Assembly: GCA_026026165.1 (NCBI GenBank)
Contig: JAPEUD010000013.1
Span: 434,001-498,000 of the forward strand
Reading direction: 5' to 3'
Length of the DNA stretch: 64,000 nt
Source: Sarea resinae
Lineage: Eukaryota
Below, one piece after another: positions 23,274 to 33,689 of the stretch. Every line of letters begins with the position of its first letter. The stretch's first letter is position 1. The notes below the pieces were generated by a model. It was given only the letters and a program-made list of their open reading frames with translations. It was not told where the DNA came from and did not search any database. The position numbers and the translations under genes are program-made.

Positions 23274-24567
23274 TGACTAGGATATAGTTCTATTACTATA
23301 AGATAGTTTTACCTATTCTAGTACTATACTACAATCTAGATACAGTTTTATATATTAAGACAGTCTTAAAACTAGTTTAGTACAGTGTTAAGATATATAG
23401 CGTTAGCACTAAGGTTTGTTTAAGGGTATAAAGTGCATTATAAGAGTCTAGAATGCTTTTTTTAGAATGAAATTCCTTAAACACAGTGTTATTATAGACC
23501 TTAGCATTATCTAAGTGAAATCTTTTTAGCCTTTTTAGGCTTTAATTTTCCTCTTTAGCAATATATTCTTTAAATTTGCTAAAGGTTTCACTTTAATGTT
23601 TTAGAAGGTGAATATCAAGGTATTTTATAGCTAGGTCTAGGAAGGTAACATAGTATTTGTTACTACTAGGTGTTAGAGGTTTTATAGGACTCTCTATATC
23701 ACTACATACAATTTCAAGGTATTCCTTAGGCTTTTCTACAGGGGTTTTACTAGCATGTCTAGTAAATTTAGCCTCTAAGCAAATAGTGCAGTCTTTAATA
23801 TCTAAGTCTTTAGACTTAACACTAAGCTCTGCATTGTTCTCTAGCCTTTTTAGAGCGCTTTCCTCTATATGTCCTAGCCTTTTATACTATATATCTAGGC
23901 TATTATCCTCTATAGTGCTATTTAGCACTATAGGTATAGCTTTAGTCTAAAAGACACTAAGCTTATTAGTATAGGTATCTTTAGCAGTGACACTACCTCT
24001 ATTATCTAGGATAAAGACATTTTTAGGGCTAAAGTTGACTTTATAGCCCTTATTTATAATTGCCCCTAGGGATAGATCATAGCAGGTTTACACTAAAGTC
24101 AGGGATGTATAGGACGTCTCTAATATTTACCACCTGATTTGTTAGGGTAAATATTAGCTTAATGTCCTCTATGCCTGTTGCTATAGTAGAACTACTATTG
24201 TTACCCTACTTTACAGTAGTGTTATAGGGTCTAAGGTTGTTAAAGAGTTCCTTTCTATAGCAGATATGTGTTGTTGCACCTGAGTTAAGAATCCACTCTG
24301 TAACAGTGCTGTTTGACTTGGATTTTACACAGCTATAGGAAGCTTCAGGTGTAACAGTGCCTTTTTATAGCTTTGCAGCAGTACCTTCTAGGACTGTGCT
24401 TATAACAGTGCATTCTAACACTGATTTAGGACAACTATAGGAGTTTAAGCTTGTAACAATGCGTTTTGACACTGATTTAGAGCAGCTATAGGAATTAGAG
24501 CTTGTAGCTATAAAGCTCTTTTCCTCTTGTAATTCCTCTGCTGTAGAGGGGTTAGCCCTATGCTTTT

Positions 24568-25107
24568 TGTTAGAATGTAGCACAAAGATATAAGTAGAGG
24601 AAGGTGCTAAAGAAGTGTAGTATAGAATGATTGTGTATTTTAAACTTAGAAATTCTAGCTATAGAGGTGTAAGGCAGTCAATATATAGACTTAACTGACT
24701 TACTAGAAACTTCTAGTGATGACTAATTACATGAGTGATTTGTAAGCAATAAGCTGACAATGACATAGGCTTTGTAAGAAAGTCAGGAGATAGTTGTGTA
24801 ACCCTTATGTTATAGAGTTCTATAGATGTCTAAGAGATTCTATAGACTTCTAGACAGTTCTAGAACATTCTAGAAAGTTCTAGAACATTCTAGAAAGTTC
24901 TAAAAGGTTCTAGATGCTTAGTCAGCATATAGTGATGCTTAGTCAGCATAGCTATAGAATCTTCTAGAATGTTCTATAAGATTCTATAGAGTTCTATTAG
25001 CTTCTATAGGTCTGTAGAAGCTTCTAGATATATCTATACTGTTATATAACATTCTATAACAGTCTAGATACTTAAGAGTGACTAGAATTAAGGTTATAAT
25101 TCTAACA
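24568..25107. mobile_element. Solo LTR (540 bp) with 5-bp target site duplication CTTTT
   Basis: Begins TGTTAGAAT and ends ATTCTAACA (9-bp perfect inverted termini). CTTTT at 24563-24567 and 25108-25112. It interrupts the Copia ORF between the Zn knuckle and protease. The first ~50 bp match the LTR at 26607. Confidence 0.93.
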
Positions 25108-25984
25108 CTTTTTAGCATTAGGCTTTTTACTCCTTTTTAGGCTAGGATGCTTTTAAAAGCATGTAGACTTATTATAATTATTTAGTCTACAATAGTTATA
25201 GTACTTTTTACTCTTAGAGGTAAGAGCTACCTCTGTATCCTTACTAGTGTTATGACTATTACTACTAGTGCTAGTGCTCTTAGAGATTTTAAACCTCTTA
25301 GAGTTATCTATTAGCTGTGCAAAGATTTCCTCTAGGTTAATATCCTTATCTTTGCTTTTGTTTATTGTTTGTGTAATAATAGTAACTATATTATTATAGT
25401 TACTAGTAAGGTTGTTTAGAGTCTACACAGCTATAAATTTATCAGGCAGAATTAGTTCTCTAGCCCTTAGCTTATTATTTAGCTGCTTGATTTTTATAAT
25501 GTAGGTAGTCCTCTAGATCCTTGCATTTTTAAGAGTTGTATTAAACAACTCTTTGCAGATTAGGAATTCAGAATTAAATCCCTTAGATTCATAGAGATTT
25601 TACAGACTAGCCCACAATTTTTATGGATTAGTGTGATACCTAGTCTGTAACAGTAGGCTATCTGCTAGGGCAAGCCTAATATAGGCTAGAGCTTTTGCAG
25701 ATTTTGCCTTGTAATAGTCTGAATCAATATCTATGCTATTTTCAAGGTCTTTAGACATGACTTTGAAATAGCCCTTTTCTATAAGCAGGGATTCTATCCT
25801 TATAGACTATAAATCCTAATTAGAGCTGCCTTGCAGCTTAGGGATTTTATATGCAGGATCAGATATAGCTGTAATTACTAATCTCCTACTTAATTTCAGA
25901 GAAAAGAACCACTAGCTATTAAGTGTATTCTACTGCAAGTAGTAGAATCACACTAGTATGACTTTTGTACACTTATAGAACTTA

Positions 25985-26160
25985 TAAGTTCTATAGATGT
26001 GTGAAATAGCTGCACAAAGAGTGTCTTATGCTTTTGCACCACTGTTACAAGTTCTATAGATGCATAAAAGATCAGCACAAAGGCTGTTTTGTGACTTTCA
26101 AACTGTTACAGTTCTATAGGTGCGTAAAATTGCAGCACAAAGGCTGTTTGCAGAACACAA
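25985..26160. repeat. About three degenerate ~60-bp repeats in the Copia 5' leader
   Basis: GTTCTATAG.TG...AAA....GCACAAAG..TGT recurs at ~25988, ~26051 and ~26111. Confidence 0.7.
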
Positions 26161-26594
26161 GCTGCTAAGGTGTGCAGAACACAGGCTGCTATACTATAGT
26201 TCTATAGACACAAGCTATAGGTACTATAGGATCTAGGTAAAGGCAGCATATATCAAGCACTTAACTTGCTCTCCTATAGGTGTTTCTCTTTAAAGGGAAT
26301 TATACCTATAAGGCAGCACAAATGATTAGGAAAATCCTTATTAAGTGTGTGTATACCTAATGTCTATAAGTATAGGCTTAGTTTAAGCAGTCTACTCTAA
26401 GTAGTTCTTATCTGTAAGTTAAGTTATATAGCCTCTAGGAGACTATATAAATGCCTAGGGACTATAAAGACTATAGGACCTACTCTTTTTAGGTGAAAAA
26501 GAGGAAGTTTAACTCTTTTCCAAAGGAATTTTAGTGGCTATAGGTGAAAAAGCCACGAAATTATAGGAGGATAGGCTTCTTTAGCAGGCTATTA

Positions 26595-26606
26595 AGGCTT
26601 ATAACC
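26595..26606 (-). promoter_or_regulatory. Copia primer-binding site (initiator tRNA-Met half-molecule type)
   Basis: Minus strand reads ..TTCTAACA GGTTATAAGCCT immediately after the LTR end at 26607. This equals GGTTATGAGCCC with two RIP-type transitions. Confidence 0.8.
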
Positions 26607-27020
26607 TGTTAGAAAGTAGTATAAAGATATAAGTAGAGAAAGGTGTTAAAGAAGTAATAGTATATATTAGAATTATAACCTTAATTCTAATATCTAATAT
26701 AGACTATAAAGTACCTTACCTACTAGAGGTAGACTATGCCTTAAAGAGTAGAGGTAGTTAGGTATTTAGGCATAGAGTAGCTACACTACTAGTACCTAGG
26801 TAGTAAGTAAGTACAAATACAAGCTTTATAATATAGTAATAGAGCTAGGCTTATTAAAATCTCTACATACTTATATAGCGTGGTTTTAGCGCACTAACAA
26901 TTGCGTTACGCGCAATCAAGTTAACACTATGATTTTAGCAGTTGCTCGCGAAATTGCGCTTGTAGCGGTCTATACATGACCTATGATAATACCTCTTATA
27001 ATAATTAATTAATTACTGGC

Positions 27021-28358
27021 CTAATCAAGCCCAACTGCTTCTCTAGCAAGTGCCATTGTCGCTTCTGCACTTGCCCGCGCTTTTTCAGCTCCTTTATTTG
27101 CAATATAGTCTAGATAGCGTCCACTATCCGCCTCGAGAATTCTCTGATACTCTGATCCAATACCTGATAGTCTGCCTGCAACTCGATCTGCGATAATTTC
27201 TTTGAAAGTTCGTATACTGAGTGACTTGAATTCCGTGGCCAAATCTTCGCATGACTTCGCTCTGCCCTCTAGATGGAAAAGAATTTCGATGAGGTTTGAT
27301 ACCCCTGGGCGATCGACAGGATTATAGGAGACCCCCGAGATAGAATCCGTAAGGGCAAATTTAATCTTCCTTCGTATTGTTTCATGGTTGTCAGTAATCA
27401 GTATCCTTGACATGGGATCCTCATGCGACTTCGACATTTTCAGATGTGGCTGTTTCAGAGACATTATTCGCCTTGCTGGTGCTATAGTATGTCAGCACGA
27501 GCAAACTAGAAAGACGACCAGTGAGATATACACATCGCAGTAGTAGGTAGCGGGAAAATCTTGCCGTAAGCATGGTTGAAGCTCGTAGCGCATTCTCGAG
27601 CAAACTCCAAATGCTGTGCCTGATCCTCGCCCACTGGCACATGGGTTGCCCTGAGACCCTTAGCAGAACTTCCGTGATTTCATCTCTAGCAGTTCTAACC
27701 GATGAACCAAAATATCTGCCGCCTGTAAAACCGGATAAGAGAATAGTCCCAGTTTGAGCTTTGTCTTGGCCCAGCCATCTAATGGAGAAGTATCAGGGGA
27801 TAACTGTAGCTTGCTCTGCGCCATACTTTCAGCAGAACGTCAATATAAACGAATCTGATTGCTCGCGTACTTTCCATTGTGTCATACGTGAAAGATAGCC
27901 CATTGAGGCAGCACAGCTAAGGATCCACATCAGTTCGGGATGAGCGGGTACCTGACAACAAATTAGGAGCTGTATCCTTTATAGCATATGATGCTTCGTG
28001 ATTATACCGCAGACTGATGAAAGATAATGGAGCGTTGAGGATCAAGGCCGATGGCGAGGAGGGTCGCGAGTGTCTCTCTTTTCCGTTTGCGCAGCTGATC
28101 TGGATCTTGACGGACCGTGATAGCGTGGAGATCAACGACAGAATATATGAATCTGGTGTCCGAAGACTCGTTGTTCTGTAAGTTGACCCATGCTTGAAGT
28201 GCTCCTAGGTAATTGCCCAAGTGAGGAACACCGGTAGGTTGGATACCGGAGAATACAACTTTTCCTGCGTGATGAAGCTGTGAGGATGTGCAGCTAAAGT
28301 ATCGGCCTGCAAGACAACGCCTGAGTACGACGCCTTTTCTATGAGGGGCTCGGAGCAT
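27021..28358 (-). CDS. MSW1: Mitochondrial tryptophanyl-tRNA synthetase (spliced)
   Basis: [51 protein letters not shown] and KMSKS motifs. Arg-rich presequence from MLRAPHRK at 28358 (start chosen by inference). Confidence 0.95.
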
Positions 28359-28729
28359 TCTTCTTCCATACGTAGTGCTTTGGGCATGGTCCTTTTTGCA
28401 TGGTCCTATGGCGAGTTTTGGTATTTCTTGGGAGATAGTAGTACGGGCTACTTTATACCTCATTTCGTACATTTGGCGACGCGATCCTCAGGATCACGTC
28501 AAGCACTCATGCTCACGTGCACGCAATGCATCTCAAGTTCCTTTGAGATATATGCTTGGATATTTTTCTTAGATTCACAAATAATACGGCCCTCCGCGGC
28601 AGACCGACCTCAAATCGAAGCCTTCGTTGATATAGCTGTTGTCTGCTGGAGAAACGAGAAAATTGAAAGCCCTCTCCGAGCCAAAAGGCCCAAGCAACTA
28701 TTGGACTCGTAATATACAGTACAAACTGT

Positions 28730-29802
28730 TCAAGAGCTGCTGAGAGGCGCGTTGCTATCAACCATGCTTCTAAATTTTTCATTGCCCAACATCTCCAAGA
28801 CCTTTTCCGAGGTTGCTAGATTCTTCTTTCGTCCAAAATGAGCCCATTTGGGCTCGACTACTTGCTTCAAATTTTCCAAGCTGACATCCATAGTCTTGCC
28901 GACACCTGATAATTATCCGTTAGTAGAGGTCCCGGGCCTATATCAAATTCCCTAAAGTAGCTCACCTAATTCTTCGTAATTCCACACATTCGCTTTCATC
29001 CCTATTCCGTAGTATGCGTGTTTTCTCAAGAATGCCAACCATATTTCGACAGTTTCCGGGCTACCGTCATAGATCTGTATGAGACGTCTAACTGTTATTC
29101 TCTCGAAATTTTCTTGACTTTTCTTGTGTACGAAGTTGCCTCGAGGCACAGTCCATCGTTCTGTTATTCGAGGCAGTGGGATCGGACCAGCAGCCGGCAA
29201 ATTCAGATAGTATGCCGCTCGAAGCGCAAAGTCGGCGAAGAATTCGACGTTGCGTACGTTATACGAGCGTAATTGGAGATCGCATGAAGGAACACCGTAT
29301 TGTGCTTGACGCCGAAGAGGCTTCAAATATACTGCTTGGACACTCCGAGGTAGTCGGGGCGTCTCTTTTCCTTCCATCTCCACGGAAGAGTCCCTAAGAC
29401 GTTCAGTAAAGTCCGAAGACCCGAAAATTAGAGGGTGTCTCACATGGCCAGTTCCTCTGGGCTCCTCTTATGGTGCTCTCTGGGTCTGATACGGTATTAG
29501 CGAGGCCTCTGGAAAGGAGCAAATGGCATTACTGACATGGACGAAGTAATACTCTCCTTGCTGACACTTGAGCTGCGGACAGAGCTGGAGATCTTTGCTC
29601 GCGAGGACGGCGCAATTGTCGGAGAGACCTATTCTGATTATGAGCCTTCGCCTTCGCCTTCGCCTTCGCCTTCGCCTTCGCCTTAAAAACCAAGAAGGTC
29701 TGATAGGGAGCTATTCACCTTCAAATGCTGTGTCATTCGCCAAGGAGACTTAAGGAATGGATGGCAAGCCATCGCACCGACGGTTGTACGCCTCAGGAGC
29801 AT
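28730..29802 (-). CDS. RSM10: Mitochondrial small-subunit ribosomal protein uS10m (spliced)
   Basis: LQLRSYNVRNVEFFADFALRAAYYLNLPAAGPIPLPRITERWTVPRGNFVHKKSQENFERIT (S10 domain). Last exon ends ..APLSSS* at 28730. The 5' exons and start are less certain. Confidence 0.9.
29644..29684. repeat. (GCCTTC)n microsatellite, ~7 copies, in the probable first intron of RSM10
   Basis: Directly visible. Confidence 0.95.
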
Positions 29803-30202
29803 GCGAAAATAGACCAACGAATTCAAGTTTGTAGATGAATTTGATTTATCCTCTATGGTCGAAAGGCGATGATGCTCATATGGTACTGCGGTAGATCGCT
29901 ACCTATGTATTGGATCTCAGCAGTATCGGAAAAAGATACCTACGAACCGCGAAGTACTTTATCGCGGTACACTTACCGCCTTGGGGAGATCGGGCAGAAA
30001 ACACCCATTACGGTCGGTACTAAGGGAAGCCAGACAGCTAGGTATCGTTCACTTTCCTTCCTCTTCCTTTTTGTCTTGACAACGCAAGATCAGTGACCGC
30101 CTTGATATAGCCATCATCCTTTAAGGTGTACTTTGTAAGGCGTTGAGCAAATACCTCACAACTCAAACAAAAACCTGAAAGCGATACAATATACACGAAA
30201 AA

Positions 30203-31536
30203 ATGGCACAGATTGCTTCTGTGGATGCCTTCCGGGCCGCAACTGAGGCGGCGCAGCATGTTCAGTCTTTACTACCTCAAGATCTGATGGTACCGAGGAT
30301 TGGAATCATTTGCGGATCTGGACTCGGCGGGCTCGCTGATACCATCCAACCTGAGCCTCGCGTTGAAGCCGCTTATGCTACGATCCCACACTTTCCCAAG
30401 TCCACTGGTATGTTTAAAGAGCAATGTCTACGTACTTTACCTTATGGTAGAAAGCCGTGCCAGCGATCAGAGAATAGCCTTTGACTTATACGTTGAAATT
30501 AAATAAACAGTACAAGGGCACGCCGGAAAGCTAGTGTTTGGACTTTTGGGGCCGAATAAGATCCCTGCTGTTCTAATGGTGGGTAGAGCACAGTCAGTGA
30601 TTCTTAGCGCTCTCAGCAACAAGAGAACTCGCTCACAGCGCAAATTGACAGCTTTTATGAAGGCCACAGCTTGGAGAAAGTGACCTTTCCTGTTCGAACA
30701 CTCAAAATTCTGGGAGTCGAAACCCTTATAGGTGCGTAGAGATTGCTATATTCTTACTGCGCTGACGGTTCTCAAAGTGACCAATGCGGCGGGTGGATTG
30801 GACTCTGCATACGCGGTGGGTGACATTGTTATTTTGAACGATGTACGTCGCTCCGGTCTTGAATGTCAGGGACGAGCAACTAAATTTCTCAGCACTTGAA
30901 TTTGGCTGGCCTCGTCGGAATACATCCTCTCCGTGGTCCAAATGCCGACGACTTCGGTATCAGATTTCCCGCCCTCTCTGACGCCTATGACTTAGAGCTT
31001 CGACAAATAGCTCATACCGCTTGGAAAAAGCTCGCCATCAGCCGGCACCAAAGAAGGATCCATGAGGGTGTTTATGCGTTCGTGGGTGGCCCAAGGCGAG
31101 CAACACCTGTCGGTTAATACAAGACGGCCCTTGAGCTGATAAGACAATAGCTATGAAACCCGGGCAGAGTGTCGGATGTTACATGCTCTTGGTGCTGACT
31201 TGGTCGGCATGTCAACTGTCCCCGAGATCATCGTTGCACGACATTGTGGGCTTCGAATTCTGGCAATAAGCTTAGTGACGAACAACGCCGTGCTTGCTGC
31301 TGGCCCCCGTGGTGACGACGTTCGAATAGAAGGGCTGTCGCACAAGGCGCTAGACAATGTCATTGAACAGGGAAAGGCTAATCATGAAGAGGTTGTGGAA
31401 GTAGGCCATCATGCAGCTAAGGATATGCAAGTAAGTCTGTATAATTATTATCATATAGCTATGTTAATCTGTGCTGACTAGTGTACATAAGGCGCTTGTA
31501 AAGCAAATTGTAGAAGATGTATCTGTAAGACAATAG
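30203..31536 (+). CDS. PNP1: Purine nucleoside phosphorylase (spliced, one GC-AG intron)
   Basis: [40 protein letters not shown] and [20 protein letters not shown] motifs. Stop TAG at 31534-31536. Confidence 0.95.
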
Positions 31537-31910
31537 AGTGTGATTTGGCGAATAACAGTAGTATTAGATTTAGCACTTTAGTATCTGTGATACAGGACAT
31601 CTACCTTGGCTCAATCGTGGGTTGTAGAGCAAGGTTTCTAGTAACAGAGACAATCTACTAACTTGTTAAAAGCTTCTCTCTATCCTTTACAGTAGCAATC
31701 AGTTCTTCGCACTAATAAGACATACGCCCTTACTTACCTACATCTAGGTAGAACGCCTGACGCTGTCTGACAAGGAGCTGTTAAACAACTTGATGTCTTT
31801 ATCGCGCATCTAGAGTCGACGCTAATGGTGCAAACTTTCAAGTAGTGATTGAGTTCGCGAGACTTCACGGTCAGGATTATCGTAGGCTCAGCCCCAGAAG
31901 CAATGCTAAT

Positions 31911-32910
31911 TCAGCTCTTCTTGATGCCCTGCGATCGCCGAGCCTTGAGCTCTTTGTAGTAGGCATTCTTGCCGCTCGTCTTCGCAGACTGGATGTCGTT
32001 GTATTTGCTCTTGAAGCGACCACTTGCCTCTTCGCCGGCAAGAACTTCATCCACAAATGTCTTCTTCCTGTCTTTGTTGAGCAACCTTGCGCTATAGAAC
32101 TCTGTCGGACCTTCCACAATAGTTCCAATGTGAGAATACTCAGGTGCTCTCGTCTTGCCATTCTCCTTCTTATAGTGCCGCTTGGGGTCGAGTACGGACC
32201 GCATATGAAGGAGCTGAAGATCTCTTTTCAATTCCGGTGTGAGGTTTGTGCGAGGGAGATTAAACCATTGCGACCCCGCAGTAGCCTTTTTCTCCTGAAA
32301 ACGAGTCAGCATTGACATACATTTGTAGATCCGAAGATAAGAGGAAAATGATGGGAGTTGCCTCAGAGTAACTATGTAAAGAATACTTTCATCTAGCAGA
32401 AAGGTACCCAAGACGGGACCCGAAGCTCTGCGTCAAGAAAATAATGGGAATATTTTCCTCATAGGCATATCAAGGACTAAAAAGTCGAACGAACCTGTTT
32501 GATTCTTTCTTTCGCCAAGGCCGGATCTTCGACTTGTCGTGGCTTTCCTGACAATTCCCTATCACGATCTCCTAGTAGGCTGGCCGAGTCGACGTGAGCT
32601 ACATCGTTGTGTGAATGGACATATGATGACGGGATTTCTCCAGCATCCAGCTTCGGAAAACTGGGTAAGTATCATCAGTTTTGATGTGTATATATAAATG
32701 CATCAATGCTCTTGTGCTAGACGCTTACCTGGTCACAACGGCCCGTCCTATGTTTGTGGGGAGATTAATACCATCTTGTGTAGCTGCGGGATAGAACGAA
32801 TTCAGTCTTCCTTCTGCTTCCGATAAAAGCTGTTTAATTTGGAGATCAGATAGATCCTCCATGCCTGCCCATTCTTTTGACAAATCTGAAGGCATAGCTG
32901 TACCGAGCAT
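31911..32910 (-). CDS. FCF2: Fcf2-domain pre-rRNA processing protein (spliced)
   Basis: TAGSQWFNLPRTNLTPELKRDLQLLHMRSVLDPKRHYKK..GTIVEGPTEFYSARL. The start is one of the ATGs at 32910, 32895 or 32862. Confidence 0.9.
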
Positions 32911-33650
32911 TACAGTAACCTCATGAGCAGACAGCAAAAGCGGACAAGCTCGAATATCGAGCTAGGATGCGCAGAGCAGGACAATTGAATGTCATAAGGG
33001 CAAGATTAAGATGTGAGGTTTTCAAATGGTGACTGTCGTTGATGAGAGAAAAATTAATGTTGTTGCGACTAGAAGGCTGCTGAAGTACTCTAATCTTGCC
33101 AAGCTCGCTTCAGCAACTATTTTACATAATCCATGGTACTTATCCAACTTACTGTACGTTGTACCTCGTACTAAACACTGCAATTACCCGGCTAGGTACC
33201 TAGGTACTTCGTATACGTAGTGAAAGGAATGCGCACGATGAGATCAATTGCGTTTTCGTACCTTACCTACTTATCCTACCTTCAGAGTGGTAAATAGGTA
33301 TCTACTACGGACCTTATGATTCTCTCGCTCCAACATATATTCTGCTCAGGAAAAATTTGGATGAGCTCTTGTTGACAGGAGCATAGTTTGATCCTAACTG
33401 GATAGTGTGAGCAGCGATTCAAATGGAAGGTCTGCCCTGACGATCAGTAATGCTGTTTCCAGTACGATATTTCTCGCCACTACGATTTCTCGCTACTACC
33501 TAGGTACGTAGTACGTACACTACTTGTTCTGTTGCTACCCGCCCGCTCAGCTGGAGGACTCTATCGGTTTCAAACGGTGGTGCAGGCCACCAGGGCCTCG
33601 TCCAACCTTGGCATCATCGCATATTACCTAAGGTAGCCAACAAAGAGAAC

Positions 33651-33656
33651 TCATCG

Positions 33657-33689
<33 letters not shown>
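33651..33689. repeat. (TCA)n microsatellite in the FCF2-HAP5 intergenic region
   Basis: About 13 triplets with one TCG interruption. Confidence 0.95.

Larger units (their letters stand above)
9452..23414 (+). mobile_element. Large CMC/CACTA(EnSpm/Plavaka)-like DNA transposon relic, ~14 kb
   Basis: Gypsy homology stops at 9451 and Copia homology starts at 23415. The ends are imperfect inverted repeats (CTTAGGTGCTTAA..TATATTCTAACACT versus rev-comp CCTTAGTGCTAA..TATATCTTAACACT). Dense subterminal repeat arrays sit at both ends, and there is an internal large transposase. Confidence 0.7.
23415..26692 (-). mobile_element. Ty1/Copia LTR retrotransposon relic (5' LTR remnant, PBS, gag, protease, integrase N-half; truncated)
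   Basis: Minus strand: gag YKIPKLQGSSN*DL*SIR (~25850), Zn knuckle then KHPSL (~25200-25140), protease EWILNSGATTHIC (~24298-24260), RLGH..CTIC (~23880-23780), VCSDI, and ALYTLKQ (de-RIP APYTPEQ) cut at 23415. The order PR-IN defines Copia. Confidence 0.92.
1..26880. other. AT-rich RIP-like mutated transposon block
   Basis: Very high TpA, scarce CpA/TpG/CpG, almost no ORFs >60 aa. Transposon protein motifs are readable but interrupted by TAA/TAG at expected Gln/Trp/Arg codons. Composition switches abruptly to ordinary GC near 26,880. Confidence 0.95.

Noticed and set aside
9452..23414. Starship/Crypton (tyrosine recombinase) or Ulp1-protease interpretation of the large element
   Set aside because: I found no tyrosine-recombinase or C48 protease motifs in the frames I decoded. 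The main ORF has DDE-type motifs instead.
23657..23950. 97-aa plus-strand ORF
   Set aside because: Antisense to the Copia integrase region.
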